In this document: positions 1 through 8,613 of the stretch, one piece after another
Position numbering within the stretch: the stretch's first letter is position 1
Layout: every line of letters starts with the position of its first letter
DNA from: a virus
Lineage: Duplodnaviria > Caudoviricetes
Direction: 5' to 3' (one strand)
IMG/VR virus record: IMGVR_UViG_3300031766_002224
Coordinates: 1-57,147 of that record
Length of the DNA: 57,147 bases
Translations under genes and position numbers: made by a program
Notes under the pieces: generated by a model
What the model was told of the DNA's origin: nothing
Database searches by the model: none
What the model saw: only the letters and a program-made list of their open reading frames with translations

Positions 1-50
1 TTCTTTGGGCTGCGGGTTCTACCCCAACTGGTGTGCTTAAATTGTGACAT
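1..50 (-). CDS. 5' end of a hypothetical protein (MSQFKHTSWGRTRSPK...), runs off the window edge
   Basis: ATG at 50 with AGGAG upstream, just after the bS21 stop; frame stays open to position 1. Confidence 0.55.
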   Translation of the reverse strand, partial: MSQFKHTSWGRTRSPK

Positions 51-64
51 CTTTTATATAACTC

Positions 65-301
65 CTATTTAAAATTTTCAAACTTGTCTTTATAGTCTTG
101 TGTAGACTTCTGAGAGAGTTTTTTCTTTCTCTCCCTCTTCTCTTTCATCTTAAGAGACTTCTTCTTGAAGTATCTTCTTTCTTTCAGCTCGTCAAATAGC
201 CCAGATTTCTTGCACTTTCGACCAAACTTCTTAATCATTCTCGGTAACTGCGACTGGTCATGAATTATAACCTCTACGTGTACTGGTGTTCTCTTGCCCA
301 T
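65..301 (-). CDS. rpsU: Phage-encoded 30S ribosomal protein bS21
   Basis: 78 aa, very basic; V-x-V...MIKKFGRKCKKSGLFDELKERRYFKKKSLK fits the bS21 pattern (ALRRFKR...G...E.R.R..Y.KPS). Confidence 0.85.
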   Translation of the reverse strand: MGKRTPVHVEVIIHDQSQLPRMIKKFGRKCKKSGLFDELKERRYFKKKSLKMKEKRERKKKLSQKSTQDYKDKFENFK

Positions 302-311
302 TGTAAATCCT

Positions 312-719
312 TTACTTTAATTGTTTCCATTTTTGTCCTGCTAATCCAAACAAGCCGGAGATATCTACTCCGGCGTCGCTGGGGTCTTTCCCCGCTAAGG
401 GAGATTGACTATTCGTCGTGCCTGTATTCGGTAATGGTGTGGTGCCTTCAAAAACTCCCGACATTCTATCGCCGCCGACTGCATTTAACATCTTCTTTTT
501 CGTCTCCAAGAGTTGCTTTCGCTTTTGTTCTTGTTGTTCTTGCTTTAGTTCCTGTGTCATTTGCGTGGACACCTGAGGCCTCTGTGTCTCTAAAATCTGA
601 CCTTGGGCCTTGGTTATGCCAAATGCAACCTCTGCCACTAGATTAGAAAGAACACCCTCTTCAAATAAGATTTCTTTTACGCATTCTTTGATAATGTTCT
701 TTAACTCTGACTTTTTCAT
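312..719 (-). CDS. Hypothetical head-module protein with N-terminal MKKSELKNIIKE motif
   Basis: 135-aa ORF overlapping the protease stop (ATGA); N-terminus shared with 11984..12226. Confidence 0.7.
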   Translation of the reverse strand: MKKSELKNIIKECVKEILFEEGVLSNLVAEVAFGITKAQGQILETQRPQVSTQMTQELKQEQQEQKRKQLLETKKKMLNAVGGDRMSGVFEGTTPLPNTGTTNSQSPLAGKDPSDAGVDISGLFGLAGQKWKQLK

Positions 720-1324
720 TTTTCCCCAAACTTATACAGAAAATTGCTCAATGATCTATTAATCTTGTCTACTGGAGTGAATATGTTTGAGTGCTCTTTC
801 GCCTCTGTCATCATGAACGCTCCCGGTGTGGATGGGTCTGACACCATATCAAAGCATATTAGTTGAAAATCATCCTCAACCATAGTTACTCCGTTTTTTT
901 CAGTAATCGAGCCCACGCCTCTAGAGGATATTCCCAGCGTTACGCCAGCATTAACAAGTTCTTGCAAGACTCGACCAGACGGAGTGTTCAGCACTTCAAT
1001 TTTTCCCATGCATTTTTTGTCTTCCATCCATATCTTAGTGACCAGGTGAGAAGCATTAGACAGGTTTACAACACTAGTGTCTGGATGGTCCAATTCGCCT
1101 AATGCTCTTCGGTTCTCTACCATATTCATATAGCTTTGGACCTCTCTCTCTAAGATTGCGTGGGGATATACACGACCGTTGCCGTTTTGAGTCTCTGACA
1201 TTTGCATGACTCCTGACAATATCGTGACCGTACCTTCCGCGACGCGTCGTTTCTCGTCCTCGGTTAGAAGGTCTTGACATACGCCACCCTCACATAATTC
1301 AAAATATTCTCTTAATAACTTCAT
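716..1324 (-). CDS. Prohead core protein protease (T4 gp21-like)
   Basis: Motifs NGNGRVYP, ALGELDHP, NASH, TPSG, LGISSRGVGS and FDMVSDPSTPGAF are characteristic of gp21-type proteases. Confidence 0.93.
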   Translation of the reverse strand: MKLLREYFELCEGGVCQDLLTEDEKRRVAEGTVTILSGVMQMSETQNGNGRVYPHAILEREVQSYMNMVENRRALGELDHPDTSVVNLSNASHLVTKIWMEDKKCMGKIEVLNTPSGRVLQELVNAGVTLGISSRGVGSITEKNGVTMVEDDFQLICFDMVSDPSTPGAFMMTEAKEHSNIFTPVDKINRSLSNFLYKFGEK

Positions 1325-1342
1325 TCTTTTCCTCTCTATTTC

Positions 1343-1361
1343 ACGCGGGGGCCACCCGCGT
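1343..1361. promoter_or_regulatory. GC-rich stem-loop between the small peptide ORF and the protease RBS
   Basis: ACGCGGG-5 nt loop-CCCGCGT perfect 7-bp inverted repeat; no U-tract on the coding strand. Confidence 0.5.
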
Positions 1362-1364
1362 CAG

Positions 1365-1427
1365 TTACTTTCCGTTACAACAACGTCTAACAGGCTGTAA
1401 TTTCCATTTGTTAATCACTATCTGCAT
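1365..1427 (-). CDS. Unannotated 20-aa peptide MQIVINKWKLQPVRRCCNGK
   Basis: ATG at 1427 preceded by GAGGGGTGA; TAA at 1365-1367; overlaps the end of the upstream gene and fills the gap before the protease. Confidence 0.55.
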   Translation of the reverse strand: MQIVINKWKLQPVRRCCNGK

Positions 1428-1746
1428 CTAATTCACCCCTCTCTATATTTACTAACTTGTAAATCCGTATCCCGTCATCCCCAAATACCATGGTGCCGAT
1501 GTATGCGACTGCAGAAGCGACACACCCAAGAAAGACTCCGGTGATGAAAGAATCGTCAAAAGTAAATAGTTGTGTGTAGTCCTTTACGAACCATAAAAGT
1601 AGGCCGACCCAAAAGCCGGTGCACATTGGGCACTTAAGCAATTGCCCTAACTTTCCGGACTTTGGGCGGATTGGGTCGAAGATTTTTCCGTACACGAGGA
1701 TTTGTGTAAGGCCATACGAAATAAGTGAGAACCAAATAAATGTCAC
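1411..1746 (-). CDS. Small membrane protein with CxxC (DUF1360-like)
   Basis: Three hydrophobic segments; KIFDPIR and LLKCPMCTGFWVG resemble the DUF1360 CpwC.s.W motif. Confidence 0.7.
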   Translation of the reverse strand: MTFIWFSLISYGLTQILVYGKIFDPIRPKSGKLGQLLKCPMCTGFWVGLLLWFVKDYTQLFTFDDSFITGVFLGCVASAVAYIGTMVFGDDGIRIYKLVNIERGELDADSD

Positions 1747-2288
1747 TAGTCTTCACCTTCACCCTCTCTAACTAACGAATAGTTATATTGAAAGCCATAG
1801 GGTCCGATTTGCTTATGCATCGAACCTTTTCTGTCTGACTGCGGCACATCTCCAAGTTCAGTCGAGTCTTCATCTGATGGTCTAAGCATTGCGTCGAGTC
1901 TCTCGTCGTCGTATTGGTCAGACGTCTTAAAATAAGGTTTTTCTCCTAAAATATATTCATGTAAAACATAAAGAAATGCTTGACTCTGGTCTACACCTGG
2001 TATTTTTGACTCCATTATATCTGCTTCTAGTGCACCGAAAACGTTACCTCCCCTGATTGTAGAGTAATCAACGATGCCTTTCTTCGCCATAAACTGAAAC
2101 ATTCTGCTCTGCGATGCATATACTTTGTCCGACATTGTTTCCTTTGGGAAAGCTACACATTTGTTTTTTTCCGGGAGAAAGACTATGTCGATATCTTCAT
2201 GATCCAATATCATAATATTGCCCTCTAGGGTCCTGCGAGCCTTGAGCTTAACCCTAGGATCTAGTTTTATTTTGGCTTTAACTTCCAT
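1746..2288 (-). CDS. Hypothetical head-module protein
   Basis: 180-aa ORF overlapping both neighbours. Confidence 0.7.
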   Translation of the reverse strand: MEVKAKIKLDPRVKLKARRTLEGNIMILDHEDIDIVFLPEKNKCVAFPKETMSDKVYASQSRMFQFMAKKGIVDYSTIRGGNVFGALEADIMESKIPGVDQSQAFLYVLHEYILGEKPYFKTSDQYDDERLDAMLRPSDEDSTELGDVPQSDRKGSMHKQIGPYGFQYNYSLVREGEGED

Positions 2289-3108
2289 TCGCTTCTATCT
2301 CTTCTAATAGTTGTTGTGTGTTTAGGACCACTTCGAGTGTTTCCACGTCAATCTCTTTATTCTTCGTATTATCTAGAATATTATATACTTTTTCTATCTT
2401 TTCTTTAAGCATTTCGTTGCTTTGGATATTGTTTTTTTCTTTTGAACCCTGCAACTCAGTTTTCAGCCTTCCGATTTCTTCGTTCAAAAAGGTTTTAAAC
2501 TCAACCCCGTTGTCGGAGAAGGATGAAATATAGTGCCCAAGAAGGTTTTTTTGCCCCTCATTAAGAACATCTGAATATTCAGCGTTAAATTTGCTTACGA
2601 ATGTCTTGTAAGTCAAGGAGTCGATAGGTTGCTGCACTTCCTTGACAATCTCCGCAGATGATGACATTTGGTCTACTATGTTTTCTTCTAGAATTACTCT
2701 GTCTTTTACAGGTAAAGCATCTTGAAAAATAGAATATACTGATGCGATTGTTTTGTAGTTTGGAACAAAGTTGTTGTAAACTTTGTTTGTTAGAGTTCTG
2801 TTTATTTTATTAATCAAAGCACTCTGCTCTTGAAACAATCGCTTTTTGTCCAAAGAGTCGTGTTTCTCTTTGACCTGGTACATAATTTTTTCTGCTGTGG
2901 TTTTCTCCAGGTCGCGCGTTTCATAAATCGACTTGTACAATTCAAGTTCTTCTTTTAACGCGGACTCACCATTAAAGTGGTCCCTTATGATTGATACGAT
3001 TTTGTTCTGCTTATTCTTATTATTTTTAACAACAGATTCTGTCAGCTCTCGCACCAATGCCTCATAAACAAATGCAGTGTTTCTTTTCTTATTATGCTTT
3101 AGTCTCAT
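2278..3108 (-). CDS. Hypothetical helical protein, possible prohead core/scaffold component
   Basis: 276 aa, Lys/Glu-rich, immediately after the portal; several L/I-x-E sites. Confidence 0.6.
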   Translation of the reverse strand: MRLKHNKKRNTAFVYEALVRELTESVVKNNKNKQNKIVSIIRDHFNGESALKEELELYKSIYETRDLEKTTAEKIMYQVKEKHDSLDKKRLFQEQSALINKINRTLTNKVYNNFVPNYKTIASVYSIFQDALPVKDRVILEENIVDQMSSSAEIVKEVQQPIDSLTYKTFVSKFNAEYSDVLNEGQKNLLGHYISSFSDNGVEFKTFLNEEIGRLKTELQGSKEKNNIQSNEMLKEKIEKVYNILDNTKNKEIDVETLEVVLNTQQLLEEIEANGS

Positions 3109-5092
3109 CTTTTTTTTCCCTCGCTTTTAGGCTTTTGAAGAGGTCTGCCAATTCCTTCTGTTCTTTGAGAATTTTCGACTCCTCTACTTTATAATTAGTC
3201 TTGCCCGACTCGTAAATACTCGTACCTTTTGCCAGGCCGGTCAACTCGCTATATCCTGGGTATAATTTTCTAGCTGTACCTGTTTCGGGTGTGGCCGCAC
3301 GATTCATGTTTTTCCTTCTGGGGCCTGATGACTTTCTTCTGTCGCCTCCTGGGGCTAAGTGCCTTGGGTTATACCACCCATGGGACTTATCTGTGGTCGT
3401 ACTGCCTTTGTCGTCTTCTCTTTTCCCGGGAGGGGCAGCCAATAGGCCGCCGTCTTCGCCGGCAGCATCGGTTGCAGGGGCAGCGTCACCACCAAGGTCG
3501 GGTGCATCGCCGGCTGGGGCTCCGAGTTCTGGCTCGGCACCTACGGTTCCGACTCCTCCAGGCTCACCTAAGTCGGGGGCTCCAGCATCAAGTGCGTCAG
3601 GGCCAGCGTCTAAACCTGCAGTCATGGCTGCTTGTTCTGCTTCTCCAACTGTCTCTAGAGCAGCCTCAAACTTCTTGTCGTAGAACATCTCTCTACGGTT
3701 TCGGATGAAGTCGTCGTTTGACATGCCGAATAACGTAGAAGCTAGCCATTGTTTGGAAAAGAACCCTTCAGTGGCGGCGCCGACAATATCAAATTTGGTC
3801 TTCCAGTATTCGAGCTCTTGCATCTCTGCTATCTTGGATGGGTTATTCAAGTGGCACCTGAACCCTACAAGATCTTCGTCTCTATATCCTATAGTGTAAA
3901 GGTGAATTATGCCAATCTTCTCTATTTCTGAGATGATTGACCTCTGAAGCCTTTGTATCGTTCTTGCGAACCTGACGTCTTTCTGTGCCAAGGTTGTTTT
4001 GTCTTCTGAGGAGTTCTCTCCATCGGAGGAAATATAAGCTGATGGAACTTTGAGTGCGGAAAATAGTTTATCTCTAAGATACTTTACGTCTTCTATATCA
4101 CCGGTGTATTTCCCTCCAGCTACAGACTCAATCTTTGTTGAGTTATTTCCTCTAACTGGAATAAAATAATCTTCCTCTATAGATAAAGGGTTATAGCGAA
4201 GGTCAACTCTGCCGGAATCAGCATCGACTACCTGGTTCCTCTTCATTTGTGTCATTACTTTTTGCATATATTGTTCAACGTCTTGGGGCGGAATGTTACC
4301 GACGTCGATATAGAAGGCTCTTCTTTCTGGTGAGCGCACGATACGATAAGCCATCATTGCGTCTTCGATTAGAGTGAGCTGTCTCCAGATTCGGCGAGAA
4401 GGTTCTAAAACAGATGTTCCATATGGATTGTATTTGTCTTGCCCTAAAACCCGAAAGTGACCAACTTGCCAATTTTCAAAAGTCAGGCCTGCCGAGTTCC
4501 ACTGATATTGTATGTAGTTTGGGTTTGTCGTGTCTTCTCCCTCTAGTCTCTCTACCTCTCTCGTGGGCAGTCCGATGACGGAAGTTATTCCTAGCTTGTC
4601 GTCGACGTCGAGGTACAAAAAGAAGTCACCATACTTGCACATTGTTCGACACCATGAAAACAGGTTGTGTTCAATGTTCAGGACATTTGCGTATAGCGAC
4701 TCCAAGATAGCTTTGATTTCTTCGTTGTCACATTCGACACTCAACATGGGTGTTAGCGCTGAATATGTAGTCATCTCATCCGCATAAATGTCTAGAGCTG
4801 ATGCAATCTCTGGCGTGTACTCCATCTGGTCGAAGTCTACATACCTCTCTGCCCTTTGCTGAGAAGCCATATATTGCGCTTGCAGATTGTCGTAAGGGTT
4901 ATACGCGGTCTTCTTAAAGTCGCGGCCTGAGGCGGAGCTGAACTTGTTTGCGTATTTGTCTAAATCTATTCTTCTCAGTCGGTGACTGTTCTGGGTCCTA
5001 TATTGCGTTAGTGGTCCAGACAGAAGTTTTGTCAATCTTCTGAATAATATACTTTGCGGGTTTCTTGTATTGTTTTTCGTTTTGTTTGCCAT
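3092..5092 (-). CDS. Portal protein (T4 gp20-like) with low-complexity C-terminal extension
   Basis: PEIASALDIYADE, YGTSVLE, EDAMMAYRIVRSPERRAFYIDVGN, EDYFIPVR and LFSALKVP are gp20-family motifs. Confidence 0.93.
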   Translation of the reverse strand: MANKTKNNTRNPQSILFRRLTKLLSGPLTQYRTQNSHRLRRIDLDKYANKFSSASGRDFKKTAYNPYDNLQAQYMASQQRAERYVDFDQMEYTPEIASALDIYADEMTTYSALTPMLSVECDNEEIKAILESLYANVLNIEHNLFSWCRTMCKYGDFFLYLDVDDKLGITSVIGLPTREVERLEGEDTTNPNYIQYQWNSAGLTFENWQVGHFRVLGQDKYNPYGTSVLEPSRRIWRQLTLIEDAMMAYRIVRSPERRAFYIDVGNIPPQDVEQYMQKVMTQMKRNQVVDADSGRVDLRYNPLSIEEDYFIPVRGNNSTKIESVAGGKYTGDIEDVKYLRDKLFSALKVPSAYISSDGENSSEDKTTLAQKDVRFARTIQRLQRSIISEIEKIGIIHLYTIGYRDEDLVGFRCHLNNPSKIAEMQELEYWKTKFDIVGAATEGFFSKQWLASTLFGMSNDDFIRNRREMFYDKKFEAALETVGEAEQAAMTAGLDAGPDALDAGAPDLGEPGGVGTVGAEPELGAPAGDAPDLGGDAAPATDAAGEDGGLLAAPPGKREDDKGSTTTDKSHGWYNPRHLAPGGDRRKSSGPRRKNMNRAATPETGTARKLYPGYSELTGLAKGTSIYESGKTNYKVEESKILKEQKELADLFKSLKAREKKDETKA

Positions 5093-5097
5093 GCTAT

Positions 5098-6684
5098 TTA
5101 TCCTTTAAACAACCACGGAAAGTCTTGATGTGCTTGTGTTTGTTTGTTAAATTGTTCTTTCATTTTCATATTTTTTGTACCAATCATACCATTTATCCTC
5201 GTATCGAGTTCGTTGGTGTTTTTCGTTATCGAACCAATAAACGCTTTTGCATATTCAGCGTCTCTTTGGTTTGCAGACAGGGCAGTGTCTCTCACCCAGC
5301 ATCCCACAGCAAAAGACATAATTAAGTCATCATTATATGATCTCATCGCTTCGGCTCTTCCATTGTTCCAGACAAAAGTCTTCATTTCAGCTAAAAGCCT
5401 GGAAGAATATATCTTAATTAGATTGTTTCTAATGAATTCTTCCATCTTTGCTACGATTAAGGGGCGTGTTTTGGATGTGGTTGTAAACCCAGCAACGGCG
5501 TTTGACATTTGGTCTGCTTGATATTCTTCCACAAACTCATGAGTTGACTTAATTGAGTGATATAAGTTAGGATACCTCATCTCTTTTAATTTGTCAAGCA
5601 CTGCGTAACCTACTGAGTTGTTTTCTACTACCAGGAGGCCGTTGCCATACTCTTGACCTATATCGAAAAGTACTCTTGAAAATATATCAGGTGTAACTTT
5701 TCCTTGATACTCTGCCACTAGTTCCATGTTCTCTATATTGAACACATGGCAAACTGAATAGTCCTTACCATCACCTCTTGCAACGTCTGCAGATATTAGG
5801 TAAGAGCTTTCCGGATGGCGTTCTTCCCAAATCCACAAGTTCCTGTCGAATCCCGTTCTATGTTTTGGTTCTTTGACCATATTCAGATATACCTCTATGT
5901 CTTCCGATCCAAACACCGTCTCTCCGGACATGTTAAAGTTACACTCAAGCTCTTGGGCTATTTCTCTTCTCGACATGTTCCTAGTTTCTTTTTCGAACCA
6001 CTCTTGGTTTCTGTCAGGGTGAACTTGCCACGGTAACATTGTCGGAAAGAAATCGTTTGTCTTATTGTCTGCTTCTGAGTATATCTTGTGAAACCAATTG
6101 CCCACTCCATTTGGGGTCGATAATGCGATGCAGCGACCACCAGTAGATAATGTAGGGTATAGACCCATCCACAAGTCATCTAAGCCTTCTACGTGCGCTG
6201 CTTCGTCTATTACGAGCAGAGACAAGGCTTCCGAGCGGCCGGCATCTCCGGATGTTGATGAGGCTTTAATCTGTGAACCATTAGAAAGAACAAAGGAAGT
6301 TCTATTATCTATGTCTACTGTCGAAATTCTCAACCATTCTGGCAATGCTTTGATAATCGCCTTCACCTTCTTCACTAGGTTAGCGGCCGTATTGAATTTG
6401 GTTGCAATAACGAGTACGTTTTTTTCTCGATGGAACATCATCAGCCACGCAACATACGCAGCAGTTATGGTTGAGATTCCTAGCTGGCGCGCTTTGAGTA
6501 TAACGTTGAACCTGTGGTCTTCGAAGTCCTCCAGGAGCTTTGATTGGAAATCATAAAGATGAAAAGGGATTAATCCCTTTTGAGGGTGTGTAATCTTTGC
6601 GTATGTGTGGATAAAATATTCAGGCTTCTTGCCACAGCGGACAATCTCCTTCATTATTTCTTGTTTGGTAAGTTTTATCGCCAC
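5098..6684 (-). CDS. Terminase large subunit (T4 gp17-like)
   Basis: Walker A KARQLGIST, Walker B LLVIDEAAH, STPNG coupling motif, RNase H-like nuclease ADVARGDGKDYS...NDD. Confidence 0.95.
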   Translation of the reverse strand: MAIKLTKQEIMKEIVRCGKKPEYFIHTYAKITHPQKGLIPFHLYDFQSKLLEDFEDHRFNVILKARQLGISTITAAYVAWLMMFHREKNVLVIATKFNTAANLVKKVKAIIKALPEWLRISTVDIDNRTSFVLSNGSQIKASSTSGDAGRSEALSLLVIDEAAHVEGLDDLWMGLYPTLSTGGRCIALSTPNGVGNWFHKIYSEADNKTNDFFPTMLPWQVHPDRNQEWFEKETRNMSRREIAQELECNFNMSGETVFGSEDIEVYLNMVKEPKHRTGFDRNLWIWEERHPESSYLISADVARGDGKDYSVCHVFNIENMELVAEYQGKVTPDIFSRVLFDIGQEYGNGLLVVENNSVGYAVLDKLKEMRYPNLYHSIKSTHEFVEEYQADQMSNAVAGFTTTSKTRPLIVAKMEEFIRNNLIKIYSSRLLAEMKTFVWNNGRAEAMRSYNDDLIMSFAVGCWVRDTALSANQRDAEYAKAFIGSITKNTNELDTRINGMIGTKNMKMKEQFNKQTQAHQDFPWLFKG

Positions 6685-6693
6685 TAAAACCTC

Positions 6694-7188
6694 TTACTTA
6701 AGCCCGCCGAGTTTGACCATCTTCTCAAATTCTGGGTCTGTTGGGCGTTCTTGTTCCATAGGCCCCTCAGCATCTGTGCCACCAATCAAATAACATTTGT
6801 GCACCTTTACGCTGCAGCGGATTCGAGAAATGTATTCTACAAGGACATCCACTTCACTTGGTTCAGATAGAGTAAGTGCGCTTTTCTTAACCTTCTTGTA
6901 CTCTTTTTGTATGAAAGACTTTACCTTTTCTACCATTGATTCCATTTCTCCCTCAAATCCGTTTGCGTGAACTTCCTTAAGAGGAACCTCCACGTGATAC
7001 TTGATATGAAGTCTGTCGGCCGCGATGCTGGCGCCGAAACCGTCCATGACTCTTTGGTCGACAAGTGGGTTCCCCTCTTCTCTGCGAAGTCCAATCTTTA
7101 CTGGTTCTCCGTTTTCGTCGAGAGCGCCATCATAAGTGTTAGATAGTACCTGAGAGATACAGTCAATAATTTCTAAAGTTGTTGCCAT
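6694..7188 (-). CDS. Hypothetical protein upstream of the terminase
   Basis: 164-aa ORF with GAGG RBS, preceded by two ACTATTTA motifs. Confidence 0.7.
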   Translation of the reverse strand: MATTLEIIDCISQVLSNTYDGALDENGEPVKIGLRREEGNPLVDQRVMDGFGASIAADRLHIKYHVEVPLKEVHANGFEGEMESMVEKVKSFIQKEYKKVKKSALTLSEPSEVDVLVEYISRIRCSVKVHKCYLIGGTDAEGPMEQERPTDPEFEKMVKLGGLK

Positions 7189-7207
7189 TGTTTAAAATCC
7201 TCTGCAA

Positions 7208-7233
7208 TAAATAGTTTGCTAATAGTAAATAGT
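7208..7233 (-). promoter_or_regulatory. Tandem ACTATTTA motifs, candidate late promoter for the head module
   Basis: TAAATAGT on + at 7208-7215 and 7226-7233 in a short intergenic gap; same octamer in other gaps. Confidence 0.55.
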
Positions 7234-7604
7234 TAGTTGTTTGGTCTCCAGCCCGATTTCCAGCGTTCTTCTCGGCCTTGGATGTACTGAATATAACAAT
7301 TAAAACAACACTCAAACTTTACCATATAAACGTCGTCTTTTGATGAAAAGGAGTACGAGTTGCAAACAGGGCATACCCTGTCTACTTCACAATCTGTCTT
7401 CTTGCTTTTGACAATAAACCCTTGTCGCTCTTCTGTTTCTTTTTTGCGGACAGGCCTTTGGTGAAAAGATTTGAGTTCTTCCAAATACTTAACTTCCTTT
7501 TCTTTGTCCCAAGATCCTTTAGGGTTCTGAATCGCTTCTTCACCGTATTTCTCCTTTATTGCCTTTTCTATTTTTGCTATTTCGTTTAAATCTTTTTTCT
7601 TCAT
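7233..7604 (-). CDS. Hypothetical protein with putative Zn-binding motif
   Basis: CPVC...CCFNC cysteine pattern; 123 aa. Confidence 0.65.
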   Translation of the reverse strand: MKKKDLNEIAKIEKAIKEKYGEEAIQNPKGSWDKEKEVKYLEELKSFHQRPVRKKETEERQGFIVKSKKTDCEVDRVCPVCNSYSFSSKDDVYMVKFECCFNCYIQYIQGREERWKSGWRPNN

Positions 7605-8044
7605 TTGGTTGCCTGCGCCACTAATACAGTTGTCACTACGCCCAGAAGCATTCCGGTGCCCATGAAGACATACCAGTAGTTGTTGGGCGCAGCTAAAGCA
7701 GTGGTTTCCAATCTAGTATTCTCTTCTCTAAGAGATTCTATTGTTTTTTCATGAATTGTTTTTTCATAATTAAACTCTGCAAAAAGCTTTCCAAATTCTA
7801 AGTCAAATTCTGCTTTTTGAATTGCTAGCGATTTTTCCTTCTGTGCGGTGCACCACTGGTCTCTGGTCTCTTTGTCAGCTATAATATATGCCGAGGCTAC
7901 AATATCAAAACAATATCCAGAAAAAGGAGAAGGTTGACCTTTTTCAATCTGAGTGTAGTTTCCAGGCATGGCCATGGAATTCGACGCAAAACTAATTAAT
8001 GCGAGTGAAACCAAACAAGTCTTCAATTTTCTTATTAATCTCAT
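7601..8044 (-). CDS. Exported coiled-coil protein with C-terminal membrane anchor (possible spanin-like)
   Basis: N-terminal signal-like peptide, central coiled coil, C-terminal hydrophobic helix YWYVFMGTGMLLGVVTTVLVA. Confidence 0.5.
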   Translation of the reverse strand: MRLIRKLKTCLVSLALISFASNSMAMPGNYTQIEKGQPSPFSGYCFDIVASAYIIADKETRDQWCTAQKEKSLAIQKAEFDLEFGKLFAEFNYEKTIHEKTIESLREENTRLETTALAAPNNYWYVFMGTGMLLGVVTTVLVAQATK

Positions 8045-8399
8045 GAGGGTTGTCCTTTGAACTTTTGATTATCTGTTTAATCTTTTTCTTTTTAATAGCA
8101 GAAAGCTCCTCTTCTTTGAGTTTGAATTCTTTCTCTATTATATCAATAGTTTCTTTGTATTTTAAGTGAAGTTCTTCTCTTTTTTTTATTTCCACAGTGT
8201 GTGCAGACTTCAAAGCTTCAATTTGTTTTTCGTAAGATTCCTTCTTTGCTTCCAAAACTTCTGTCACGGCCCTTACGTTGCCGCGGGAAACAATCCATAC
8301 AGCAATCGTCCAAGTTACGATGAAGGGGATGTGCCAGTGCGTCTTTAGCCAAATCCAAGATGTCTTGACTGTTTTCTTAAATAATATCCACTGCATCAT
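7992..8399 (-). CDS. Membrane-anchored coiled-coil protein (possible i-spanin-like)
   Basis: One N-terminal TM segment followed by a long Lys/Glu coiled coil; overlaps the next gene. Confidence 0.5.
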   Translation of the reverse strand: MMQWILFKKTVKTSWIWLKTHWHIPFIVTWTIAVWIVSRGNVRAVTEVLEAKKESYEKQIEALKSAHTVEIKKREELHLKYKETIDIIEKEFKLKEEELSAIKKKKIKQIIKSSKDNPHEINKKIEDLFGFTRIN

Positions 8400-8400
8400 T

Positions 8401-8604
8401 TTAACCTCTTGGGCCGTGCTTCCATTGGACTGCCATGTCTACTAGGGCTTGTGTTCCGATATAGGCCAAAGTTATAGCCGTCCAGTTGTCACTGGTGACT
8501 GTACCATAAGCACATAAACCTGTAGCTGTAATCCATGCTAGAAACTTTCTTGATATAAATCTCTCTGTATACTTGTCGGCAAATGCCTTAATCTGTGTCA
8601 TCAT
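8401..8604 (-). CDS. Putative holin
   Basis: 67 aa, two hydrophobic segments, SRKF motif before TM1, tandem Met-Met start, GGAGG RBS. Confidence 0.55.
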   Translation of the reverse strand: MMTQIKAFADKYTERFISRKFLAWITATGLCAYGTVTSDNWTAITLAYIGTQALVDMAVQWKHGPRG

Positions 8605-8613
8605 TTCATCCTC

